From positions 15,263 through 79,262 of the forward strand of contig JANLPS010000019.1 in the NCBI GenBank assembly GCA_031367385.1: DNA of 64,000 nucleotides. Reading direction: 5' to 3'. Below, piece by piece: positions 18,667 through 28,370 of the stretch. The notes below the pieces were generated by a model that was not told where the DNA came from, searched no databases, and worked only from the letters and a program-made list of their open reading frames with translations. The DNA comes from Archangium sp. Lineage in GTDB: Bacteria; Myxococcota; Myxococcia; Myxococcales; Myxococcaceae. Position numbers and translations under genes: made by a program. Position 1 is the stretch's first letter. The number at the start of each line of letters is the position of its first letter.

Positions 18667-20850
18667 GTGAAAATGCGGTTTTTTGCGGTGCTCGCGCTCA
18701 GCTCGAGCGTGGGCTGTGGTTCGAGCTTCTACTCGCGGCCTGATGTGAAGGTGCAGGTGGTGCCGTCGGGCGCGCTGATCTTGCCGATGCCCAAGAGCGT
18801 CATCACCGACACCGAGTTGGTCTTGGCGGGGCCGAGCCAGGCACGGGTGCAACGCCGAAGCGACGGCGTGGTGCAGCTCGACGTCACTACGGGCGAGATT
18901 CATCTCCAATCAGACGACTTCGGCGGCGTGATGAAGGTCTACGAACCGGTTCGCATTTGCTACGACGTCGATCAAGCTGCCAAGACCGCCACCGTCACCG
19001 GGTACGGCGTGCGGCCCGGCGGGTCGAATCGCTACCAAGACCGAGGCAACGTCACCGGGTGCGCGACATTCACCTCGGCGCCCGACGCCGGCGTGGCTGC
19101 GGCCCTCGCGGCGGCGGCGCTGCTGGCCGACACCGGGGGCTCGGAGCACTTCAACTTCGGCGCGGTGACCGTGACCGGCTCAATCGACGAGCCGATCGCC
19201 TCGAAGAGCGGCGTCTTCGCGTCGGTCTCCACCACCCAGGGCCTCTGGTCTGCGTACCCTGACGTGGCCGACAAGATGGAGTCGCTCACCCGAACCCTGG
19301 TGGTGCGCGGCACGATGAATGGCGCGGTGCCTGACCAGCTGGCGGTGAGCCTCTCGCCCGATGAGCAGCCCTTCTTGTCTGCGGTGACGAGCTCGGGCAG
19401 CGACTATTTCTGGCACTCCCGTGACGACCGCGTGTACCGAATTTCGAACGACTCGGTCGTGCTCTCACTGCAGTACCTGGGCGTCGGCGGCGCCAACCTC
19501 TCTCGCGACCCACTGGTGCACGGCGCGATTGGCTCGACGGTCGGAGACCTGCTCGAAGGCAGCGCATGGACGGGGGTGTTCGAGACCCATGATGGCTCGA
19601 CGGTGTGGCTGTCGATTCGCACGCAACCGGCCGCGAGCGCTGATTTCAAAGTGGCGCAGCCGTTCACCGCCCTCTCGGTGCTGGCGCCGAATGCGCGAGC
19701 GGTGCGGGTCTGCTTCTCCGAGCAGCTGGCCCCGGCCTCGTTGAACGCTTCGTCGTTCAGCTTCGAGCCGGCCATCGTCGTGAGTGAAGTCTCGCTGTCG
19801 GCCTCGAAGCTCTGCGCGTCACTCACCACGCCGGTGCGCGACGATCGCCCATACCGCGTTCGAGTGACGGGGCTTCAATCGGTGTTCGGCAACGCACTGC
19901 CGCCCAGAGGCCTCACCTTCAGCCTGAACAGCAAGCGAAACGGGTTGATCGATTTTCTGTTTGAGCTCTTCGACGGGTTCGACCGCGAGGCCTTGGTGCA
20001 CATCGTGCCGACCAGCAGCGGCGGAGCGGTCGGGCTCGTCACCGGCCCCTCCGGCCAATCGCTCTGGCGTACGAGCAACGGGTTCGCTTTTGCGTTGCCC
20101 CTCGAAGGGCCCCCGGGCAAGGCGGCCCGCGACATCGAAGACGTTCAGGGTCACGGCCTGTGGGTGGTGAGCTCGAAGAACGACGCCGGCATCACCCGGG
20201 TCTCGCACTACGACGACTCGGCGACCGAGATCATCGACCTCTCCGCGCAGGTCAATGACCTGGTCTGCCTCGGCGACGGCTCGGCGCTGACGGTCAACGA
20301 GGCGCAAGACGATTCACGGCTCTTCAACGGCGTCGCGACGCCGCTCCCGGCTGCGTTTCATTTGAAGAAAGCCAGCGGCTTCATCAGGGGCAGCGCCGAT
20401 GTGCTGATCAACACTGGCACCGCCACCGAGCGCCGACAGGTCAGCGACGGCGCGTTGGTGGCCACCTACCCCGTGCCCAACGTGAAGATCGTCGTCGACG
20501 ACTACCTCTGTGCCTTCGGCCTCTACCGCGGCATCGCCGACGGGGGAGTCACACAGGTCTCGACCTTGCCCTGCCTCGACTTGATCAAAACCCCCGGCGG
20601 TCAGGTGGTGATGACCGGAGGCGAGGTGCTGCCGATTCAGCTCTACACCGTGAAGGGCAATTCAGTGACCCTGGTCAGTTTCAAGGTGGGCTCCCAGGCC
20701 GATCACCCACAAGTCACCCGGCCGCGCTTCAGCACCGGCGGCGTGTTCTTCAACGCCGAGAGCGTGCCAGGCAGCATACCCTTTCGGTCGAGCCTCGAGT
20801 TCGCCACCACCGCGCAATGGCAAGCGCTCACCGATGGGGGCCTGCAATGA
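18667..20850 (+). CDS. Large lipoprotein with Ig-like (Big_5/SbsA-like) domain and beta-rich C-terminus
   Basis: Lipobox SVGC; VRVCFSEQLAPASL...Y.VRVTGLQS..GN Ig-like pattern. Confidence 0.75.
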   Translation: MKMRFFAVLALSSSVGCGSSFYSRPDVKVQVVPSGALILPMPKSVITDTELVLAGPSQARVQRRSDGVVQLDVTTGEIHLQSDDFGGVMKVYEPVRICYDVDQAAKTATVTGYGVRPGGSNRYQDRGNVTGCATFTSAPDAGVAAALAAAALLADTGGSEHFNFGAVTVTGSIDEPIASKSGVFASVSTTQGLWSAYPDVADKMESLTRTLVVRGTMNGAVPDQLAVSLSPDEQPFLSAVTSSGSDYFWHSRDDRVYRISNDSVVLSLQYLGVGGANLSRDPLVHGAIGSTVGDLLEGSAWTGVFETHDGSTVWLSIRTQPAASADFKVAQPFTALSVLAPNARAVRVCFSEQLAPASLNASSFSFEPAIVVSEVSLSASKLCASLTTPVRDDRPYRVRVTGLQSVFGNALPPRGLTFSLNSKRNGLIDFLFELFDGFDREALVHIVPTSSGGAVGLVTGPSGQSLWRTSNGFAFALPLEGPPGKAARDIEDVQGHGLWVVSSKNDAGITRVSHYDDSATEIIDLSAQVNDLVCLGDGSALTVNEAQDDSRLFNGVATPLPAAFHLKKASGFIRGSADVLINTGTATERRQVSDGALVATYPVPNVKIVVDDYLCAFGLYRGIADGGVTQVSTLPCLDLIKTPGGQVVMTGGEVLPIQLYTVKGNSVTLVSFKVGSQADHPQVTRPRFSTGGVFFNAESVPGSIPFRSSLEFATTAQWQALTDGGLQ

Positions 20851-21458
20851 GATCTTTTCTCTGTACCGCTTCGCTGGCTCTGATTGCCTGTGGCCCACCC
20901 GGCGGTTCGGCGGTGTCGGTCTTCACGCTCAAGCAAGGTGGCGATGGCCCAGACCTGGTGAAGCACATCAACCGCTCTCCGAGCGCGCGGTGGCTGTACC
21001 AGGTGACCGTGAGCGGGTTTTCGTCAGCGTCTGAGAACTACTTCGAGGGCACGGTTCAGATACCCGATGGGCCGGTGGTCGACCGGTTGGTGACCGAGAC
21101 CCAGGTCGTGTACCAAGAACAAAGTGACTCCGGTCAGTATTACTGGGGCTCGTCAGACGGCGATCTGCTGCAGCACCCGCTGGTGACGCTGAGCTACCCG
21201 CTGAAGGTCAACCGCGCGTGGAGCACCGGCACCGCCGCTTTCCCCGAGTGGTACCAGTACTCGGTCGAGGCGGTCGAAAAGGTCGAGACGCCCGCCGGCA
21301 CCTTCGATGCGGCGAGGGTCGTGCAGTTCAATTCGCGCGCGAACAGCACGGTCACCCGCTGGTACGTCGACGACCTGGGGCTGGTGCAGCGCAGCGCCGA
21401 AACCGGCAACGGGGTCAGCACGACGCTCCTGTTGAGCTACCAATTGGAGGCCAAGTGA
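20847..21458 (+). CDS. Lipoprotein with V.TPAGTF beta domain (DUF3108/TapB-like)
   Basis: Lipobox LIAC; EKVETPAGTFDA...WYVDDLGLV; ATGA overlap. Confidence 0.75.
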   Translation: MRSFLCTASLALIACGPPGGSAVSVFTLKQGGDGPDLVKHINRSPSARWLYQVTVSGFSSASENYFEGTVQIPDGPVVDRLVTETQVVYQEQSDSGQYYWGSSDGDLLQHPLVTLSYPLKVNRAWSTGTAAFPEWYQYSVEAVEKVETPAGTFDAARVVQFNSRANSTVTRWYVDDLGLVQRSAETGNGVSTTLLLSYQLEAK

Positions 21459-21916
21459 AAGCGCTTCTCGGGGTCACCCTGCTCGCCGTGAGCCTCTGCG
21501 GCTGTGACGGTGACTGCAGTGTCTCGCAGGCGACGGGGCTGCTGGCGCCGTTCAGTCAAGGCTGCAACGCGGGGTCAGTCATCGACGGCGACAACATCAA
21601 CTTTTCGATTCTGATCGGGCTCGGCGACAGCGATGCGAACCTCTACAAGAGCCTCGACTTCGACATCGTGGGCCCGTTCTACCTGGGCCGGCGACAGACC
21701 GCGGCGGTGTCGGTCTCTCCCCTGGGTCACTACAGCAGCGAGACCTTCGCGCACGGGGTGGTCGACCTGATCATCGACGGCGCTGATTATTCGAAGTCGT
21801 TCGATCGGCACTTCAACATCAATATCGTGAACCTCGAGGTGCACGATGACTCGACCCAGCAAGCCGGCGTTCTCAAAGGCTCGATCTCGGTCATCGCGAC
21901 CACGGCGACGCCATGA
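21455..21916 (+). CDS. Small hypothetical lipoprotein
   Basis: GTG start with GGAGG SD, lipobox LCGC, 4-nt overlaps on both sides. Confidence 0.75.
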   Translation: MKALLGVTLLAVSLCGCDGDCSVSQATGLLAPFSQGCNAGSVIDGDNINFSILIGLGDSDANLYKSLDFDIVGPFYLGRRQTAAVSVSPLGHYSSETFAHGVVDLIIDGADYSKSFDRHFNINIVNLEVHDDSTQQAGVLKGSISVIATTATP

Positions 21917-24759
21917 AGCGACTCCTGGTGGCGCTGTTGATGATCACGGGGTGCCGGCCTGGCTCTTCAGGCGCCGAGCCCGACCCGCGGCTGGGCGTGC
22001 TCTTCGCGCAAAACGAAGAAGTGAATGCGCTGCCCAACGAGGGCTCGGCCAACTTCGTGGTCAGCGACTTCGACGTCGACAGCCGGGGCGCTGTGCACTT
22101 CATCGCGGCCTGGGGCCCGACTCGTCAGTTCGGGAGCGCGACGCCGCACTTCAACAGCTCGAGATATTGGCGGGTGACCAAAGACGGCAAGGTCGAAGAG
22201 AAAGCAGGGCCGAAATATGCGTCGGCGGCGACCACTCGCTTGGCGGTGCAGGTAGGCAGCGATGATCAGCCTTCGGTGGTGCAGTACGACGGGCTGGGTG
22301 CGGGCAAGGTCATCTCGTTCTTCGCGTACGACGCGGCCAGTGACAGCTGGTCTGAGAAGCCCCTCTTCTATTCAGAGCGACCCGACGGCATGACCACCAG
22401 GCGCTTCGGCGTGCATGAGCAGGTTCGGGTCTTGGGCGGCGGCCAGTACGTCGTGCAGCTCGAAAATCGGCTGCTTCACTCGACGACCGATGGGTGGGCC
22501 GAGCTCGCCAGACCACCGGGAGCGATCGACCTCAAGCTGGTGAACGCCGACGACGCCAGCGTGCGCGTGGTGTGGACCGAAGCAGGAAACCGCGTCGGCA
22601 CCGCGACGTATTCGCGTTCGACCTGGGCGATGGATGCGAAGCGCACCTTCGCTCGGCTGTCTGGAGTGCCGAAGTTGGGGGACAACTTCAACGTCGCCGG
22701 CTCGCCGCAGGCCTTCACCCTCGACCTCGACGTCGACGCGATTTGGATGACCTACCGTTTCACCGGCACGACGCTGAGCCGGGTCGACACCAACGGCTTG
22801 AGCCCGGGCACTCGCGTACCGTTGTTGCTCACCCGCCACCCGACGCGCGCGCTCCGTGGGTACACCACCGGCGTCTTCGAGGGCCGTGACGTGGGCAAGG
22901 TCGGCACTCTGCAGCCTGGGGTCATCTCGTTGACCTGCCCCCCAACGAGCGCTCCCGCAACCGACAGCCCGTTTCCCGACACCTCGGAGGCCCGCAAATG
23001 CTCGAACCGGCCCGTCGACCTGCGCATGAAGCCCGAGCCAGATCTGTCAGGCATGGTGCTGGTGACCTTCGATCGCACGCAAGACATCGTGACCCGCGGC
23101 TACGTGAAGCACGTGCCTTTTCCTGTGGTGGCAGACCCGTTCTTCGGCGAGGTGGGCGTGAATACCGGCGCCTTCCCCGGTGATGATGGCGGTACTGACC
23201 TCGGCACGACCAACCAATCGGTCGTCACCGGCCGCGTCGTGCTGGTCGGCCAGGCGGGGCAGTCGGGCGTCACCCTCAAGCTCTTCTCGGCGGGCGACAA
23301 CCTCAACAGCGAGCCCGTCGACGTCGCTGACGATGGCACGTTCACTTCGGGCATCAAGGCCGCCGGCGCCTATCGCCTCGAGGTCACCTGCTCAGGCTTC
23401 GTGTCTCAGACCATCGCCGTCACGGTGACGCAGGGCCCGAGCAACGTGGGCACCCTCGTGCTCGATGCGCAGGGCATTCTCGAAGTGCCCTTCGACCCTG
23501 CGGCCCAGACGCTGGGGGTCACCCTCTCGGGCAGAGTGTTTCAACTGAGCGGAGGAACGATGACCATGGTCACTCCTTCAGCGCTGGCCAGAAAAGTGGT
23601 GGGCACCAACGTCTCAGCGACTCCGGCGCCGATCTTCACCACCGCCACGCAGCTCGACGAGGCGATGATCGGCTGGGTCTCTGGCGGAGTGCCCCAATAC
23701 ATCGCGCCTGGGTACGACTTCGCCACCGCCAACTCAGGGGTCTCGCTCAATGACTTCAGGTTGATGGGCGCCAGCGCACCGGTCGTCGCCACAGGGCCGA
23801 TCGACGGGGTGACACCGCGAGATTGGAAGCAGCAAGGAATGACCCTGGTCAGTGCTGCAGTCGACGTCGCGTACGCCGCGTCGAACTCGAATTGCACCGG
23901 TTTGTACAAGTGGGTCGTCGACACCGCCGGTGATGGCGGCATTCGAGGCCTGTACCGAGTCAACTGCGCCAGTGGTGCTTTCGCGCCCTTGGTGGGCGAC
24001 CTGCCGACGCCGCCGCTCAACGTGGTGCCCAGCGAATATCGGGTGACCGTGCTCGAGGGCACCTCGTGCGGAGAAGCCGGCGGCTACCTGAACCCCTGCA
24101 AGCTGTTCGTGATGACCAACGGCACCTCGCTGCTGACCTCGAGCAAGGCCGTCGATTACCGGCCGCCTCTGATCGAGCGGGTGGGCAGCGTCGGCACGGC
24201 GTACACCGCCACCGGGGCCCTCGCCGGCAGCAACCTCGCGTTGCCCTCGCGCTACGCGATTGGTGAACGGCCTGCCTACGCGCTGAGCGGAGGGCCGATG
24301 CTGATTCGAACCACCACCGGGTTCACTTTTCTCTCGCCGCCGCAAGCGCCGCTTGAAATCGCGGCGAATGTGATTCGCAGCTTCGAAGCGCCGGGCGGCG
24401 TGGCGTTCTATTCGGCCGCGGCGGGCGCGACCGACTGCTCGGCGGGCTGCACGCTCGAGCTGTTGACCTCGCGCTTCAATCAGCCGCCCCTGCGCACCCA
24501 TGTGCTCGAGAACGCGACTGGCGACGAGACGGCGGTGTTTTCGGTCACGGGGTGGGTGGCCTATTCGACGCGTACCTGGCCTGAATGCCCAGACGCTCCG
24601 TGCCCGGTCGTCACGGTGTCATTGCCTGATGCAGGGAGCCGAGCGCTCACCCGCGGCGCGATGGCAGCGTTGCCAGTGCTCCCAGCGATGAAGCCGGCGA
24701 TTTTTCTGCGCTTCAACCCCGACGGTGGGGCCGCGGTGCCTTCGACGTACAGGCCCTAG
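21913..24759 (+). CDS. Large lipoprotein with carboxypeptidase-regulatory-like domain
   Basis: Lipobox ITGC; VTGRV...GVTL...DGTF...GAYRLEVTCSGF pattern. Confidence 0.78.
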   Translation: MKRLLVALLMITGCRPGSSGAEPDPRLGVLFAQNEEVNALPNEGSANFVVSDFDVDSRGAVHFIAAWGPTRQFGSATPHFNSSRYWRVTKDGKVEEKAGPKYASAATTRLAVQVGSDDQPSVVQYDGLGAGKVISFFAYDAASDSWSEKPLFYSERPDGMTTRRFGVHEQVRVLGGGQYVVQLENRLLHSTTDGWAELARPPGAIDLKLVNADDASVRVVWTEAGNRVGTATYSRSTWAMDAKRTFARLSGVPKLGDNFNVAGSPQAFTLDLDVDAIWMTYRFTGTTLSRVDTNGLSPGTRVPLLLTRHPTRALRGYTTGVFEGRDVGKVGTLQPGVISLTCPPTSAPATDSPFPDTSEARKCSNRPVDLRMKPEPDLSGMVLVTFDRTQDIVTRGYVKHVPFPVVADPFFGEVGVNTGAFPGDDGGTDLGTTNQSVVTGRVVLVGQAGQSGVTLKLFSAGDNLNSEPVDVADDGTFTSGIKAAGAYRLEVTCSGFVSQTIAVTVTQGPSNVGTLVLDAQGILEVPFDPAAQTLGVTLSGRVFQLSGGTMTMVTPSALARKVVGTNVSATPAPIFTTATQLDEAMIGWVSGGVPQYIAPGYDFATANSGVSLNDFRLMGASAPVVATGPIDGVTPRDWKQQGMTLVSAAVDVAYAASNSNCTGLYKWVVDTAGDGGIRGLYRVNCASGAFAPLVGDLPTPPLNVVPSEYRVTVLEGTSCGEAGGYLNPCKLFVMTNGTSLLTSSKAVDYRPPLIERVGSVGTAYTATGALAGSNLALPSRYAIGERPAYALSGGPMLIRTTTGFTFLSPPQAPLEIAANVIRSFEAPGGVAFYSAAAGATDCSAGCTLELLTSRFNQPPLRTHVLENATGDETAVFSVTGWVAYSTRTWPECPDAPCPVVTVSLPDAGSRALTRGAMAALPVLPAMKPAIFLRFNPDGGAAVPSTYRP

Positions 24760-24846
24760 GGTATGAGCCTGTCTTCTGCGGCCACTCGAGGGGTGGCCCA
24801 TTGGTGATTGACAGCCCCCGTCGCAGCCCCTAAGCGCGCACTGGCC

Positions 24847-25722
<876 letters not shown>

Positions 25723-25775
25723 TTTAGAACGCGGTTCGACGACGGGCGGGCCAAAAGCCGTTACGCTGCAGGCTC

Positions 25776-27281
25776 ATGTCTCGCGATTCGACTTTCGTTG
25801 GTGAGCCGCCCCGCGGTGATGAGCGGCGCGAAGAGAAGTCAAAGGTCGCTTCTCCGCTGGCACCGATGCCGCAGAAGCGCCCGAACGCGATACCAGCGGC
25901 AGGAGGCAACCGGCCGCCTACGGGGGCTCCACCGCGAAGCCAGGCGGCGCCGCCTCGAAGCGCAGCCCCTCCGGGCCGTTCTGCCAACCCCGCGCCCCGG
26001 GCTGAGAAGAAGCCTCGGTTCTTCCCCCATCAGCCGCGGTCGGTGTCTGAGACGGGGCTCTCGCAATCGCTCATCGAAGAGCTGGTGCTCAAGGCGCTCT
26101 TCTTCGCCGGTGAGCTGCGCGGAGCGGAAATCGCCCATCGGATCAAGCTGCCCCAGCTGATCGTCGACGAGATCATCGAAGGGTTGCGGCGCTCGAAGTA
26201 CGTCGACTTGAAGGGCGGCGCCGGCATGGGCGTCGGCAAGTCGGGCATGATCTACACGCTCACCACCTTCGCCACCGACCTGATGCGGCAGATTCTCGAT
26301 CGCAACCGGTACAACGGGCCCGCGCCGGTGCCGATGAATGACTGGTTCGAGGCGGTGAAGCACCAGACCGTGCGCGGCATTCGCATCGATCGCACGCGCA
26401 TGGAGGCCAACTTCGGCGACCTGATCGTGAAGGACTACATCTTCGACGGCCTCGGGCCGGCGATGAACTCAGGGCGGGCGATCTTCTTTTACGGGCCTCC
26501 GGGCAACGGCAAGACCGCGCTCTGTCAGTCGCTGGTGCAGTGCTACGAGGGCGACATCTGGGTGCCGCACGCGCTCATCGTCGATGACTTCATCATTCGC
26601 TTTTACGACTCGACGATTCACAAGCCGATCGAAGACGACAACTCTGGCAACGCGCCCGATTCGCGGTGGGTGCGGGTGCGGCGGCCGTTGGTGGTGGTGG
26701 GCGGCGAGCTCACGCTGCAGACGCTCGATTTGATCTACTCGCCCGACGTGAAGTTCTACGAGGCGCCATTTCAGCTCAAGGCGACGAACGGCATGTTGTT
26801 GATCGACGACTTCGGCCGTCAGCAGATCAGCCCCAAAGACCTCCTGAACCGGTGGATCGTGCCGCTCGAGAGCGACGTCGATTACCTGACCCTGCACACC
26901 GGCAAAAAGCTGCAGGTGCCGTTCAACGTGTTCGTGGCGTTCTCGACCAACTTAGACCCAGCGGCCCTGGTTGACGACGCGTTCTTGCGGCGGGTTCGCT
27001 ACAAGCTGGCGGTCGAGCCTCCTGACGACGCGCAATTTCACCAAATCTGGGAGTCGGTCTGCCGCAAGAAGCAGGTGGCCTACGACGAAGAGGCGATCAA
27101 CTGGTTGATCGACGCGCATTACCGGCCAGTGAACCGGCCCTACGCAGCGTGCCAGCCTCGTGACTTGCTCGATCAGGTCATCGACATCGCGCACTATCGA
27201 AACGAAGCGCCGCAGCTCAGTGAAGAGCTGCTCGACGGCGCCGCGCGCAACTACTTCGTGCGCTTCGACAAGAACGAGTGA
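25776..27281 (+). CDS. AAA+ ATPase with N-terminal winged-helix-like region
   Basis: Walker A GPPGNGKT, Walker B LLIDDFGRQ, FSTNL and DAFLRR motifs. Confidence 0.9.
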   Translation: MSRDSTFVGEPPRGDERREEKSKVASPLAPMPQKRPNAIPAAGGNRPPTGAPPRSQAAPPRSAAPPGRSANPAPRAEKKPRFFPHQPRSVSETGLSQSLIEELVLKALFFAGELRGAEIAHRIKLPQLIVDEIIEGLRRSKYVDLKGGAGMGVGKSGMIYTLTTFATDLMRQILDRNRYNGPAPVPMNDWFEAVKHQTVRGIRIDRTRMEANFGDLIVKDYIFDGLGPAMNSGRAIFFYGPPGNGKTALCQSLVQCYEGDIWVPHALIVDDFIIRFYDSTIHKPIEDDNSGNAPDSRWVRVRRPLVVVGGELTLQTLDLIYSPDVKFYEAPFQLKATNGMLLIDDFGRQQISPKDLLNRWIVPLESDVDYLTLHTGKKLQVPFNVFVAFSTNLDPAALVDDAFLRRVRYKLAVEPPDDAQFHQIWESVCRKKQVAYDEEAINWLIDAHYRPVNRPYAACQPRDLLDQVIDIAHYRNEAPQLSEELLDGAARNYFVRFDKNE

Positions 27282-28130
27282 TCAGGTCTTGCTGAGCACT
27301 TTGCGAATGCTCAAGTCGAGGTCGCCGGTGAGCACGGGGAGCAGGTCATCGAGGGTGCTCGCGCCGATCGACAGCCGCTCGGCCAACAAGCGCCGCGTCT
27401 CTTTGAGGAGCTTGGCGCGAATCGCAGAGAGCCATCGAGCGGCGGTGCTGCGGCCGATGTCTTGAACCCGGGCGATGCGGTCGAGGCCCATGCCTTCGAC
27501 GACGTGCAAGCGCAGCAGGGCTCGTTCTTTCGGGTCGAGCCCGAGCAACACTTCGCGAAACACCTCGTTGAACACCCCGCGCGAGTTGTTGCGCAGCACC
27601 TCGAGCTCGGGGTCGGCCAGCGGCGGCGTGGCGACATCGGCGACGACTTCGCGCTTTCGACGGCGATCGCCTTCACGGCGGGCGTTGAGGCCGGCGCGAA
27701 CGGCGGTGGCGGCGAGCCAGCCTCCGAGTGAGCCACGGCCGGAGTATTCGACCAGCCGCGGGGTCTCGCCGACCAGCAACCGGCTCTGGAGGTCGAGGGT
27801 CAAGTCGACTGCGTTGACGCTGCCACGGTGGCGCTGTTCGATGCGCTCGCACTCCCGGCGAAGGCGAAGCTCGAGCTCGGTGACGGCCGCGGAGTCGTGC
27901 GCGAGCGCGGCGTGGGCCAGGTAGAGGTCGGCGACGGGGGCTTCATCGAGCTCGTCGTGTGCGAAGCGTTCACCAAGAAATTGAGCGAAGTCGTGCGGGT
28001 CGACGCGAAAGCGGGGCCAGGCCTCTTTGCCTCGGGCGAGGTGGGTGGTGAGCAGCGCTTCGGTGAGGCCGGGCGGCGTCTTCGTGGCCTTTCGGCCGAG
28101 GAGAAACGCGCTGACGAGAGTGTCGGTCAC
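27282..28130 (-). CDS. ECF-type sigma-70 factor, Myxococcales type
   Basis: DLYLAHA..., Y.GRG.L..WL (region 2) and ERALLRLH..EG..LDRIA...GRSTAARW (region 4); start GTG is an estimate. Confidence 0.85.
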   Translation of the reverse strand: MTDTLVSAFLLGRKATKTPPGLTEALLTTHLARGKEAWPRFRVDPHDFAQFLGERFAHDELDEAPVADLYLAHAALAHDSAAVTELELRLRRECERIEQRHRGSVNAVDLTLDLQSRLLVGETPRLVEYSGRGSLGGWLAATAVRAGLNARREGDRRRKREVVADVATPPLADPELEVLRNNSRGVFNEVFREVLLGLDPKERALLRLHVVEGMGLDRIARVQDIGRSTAARWLSAIRAKLLKETRRLLAERLSIGASTLDDLLPVLTGDLDLSIRKVLSKT

Positions 28131-28225
28131 GGGGAGCCTTGATGGTACTCGGTTCTTCGGCTGAAGCGGAGAGGACAGTCTGTGCGGTGCGTGCCGAGGG
28201 ACTCTGGCTCGGCAGACTCGCGGAA

Positions 28226-28370
28226 GCCGTTCGTGCTGAGCGACTCGAAGCACCCTTCAGGTACCGGCGACGGTCGCGTGACCCGGGCTTCACCCTTCGA
28301 GAACCTCAGGATGAGCGGCCAGATTCGCACCCACTCCGTTCGCTCCTTCGAGCGCCTCAGGGTGAGCGGC
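28226..28370. repeat. Cluster of three REP-like palindromic units (one inverted, two direct)
   Basis: gccgttcgtgctgagcgactcgaagca (28226-28252), cccttcgagaacctcaggatgagcggc (28293-28319), tccttcgagcgcctcagggtgagcggc (28344-28370). Confidence 0.75.

Noticed and set aside
28226..28370. CRISPR array
   Set aside because: Only three degenerate units in mixed orientation and no cas genes; fits REP-like repeats better.
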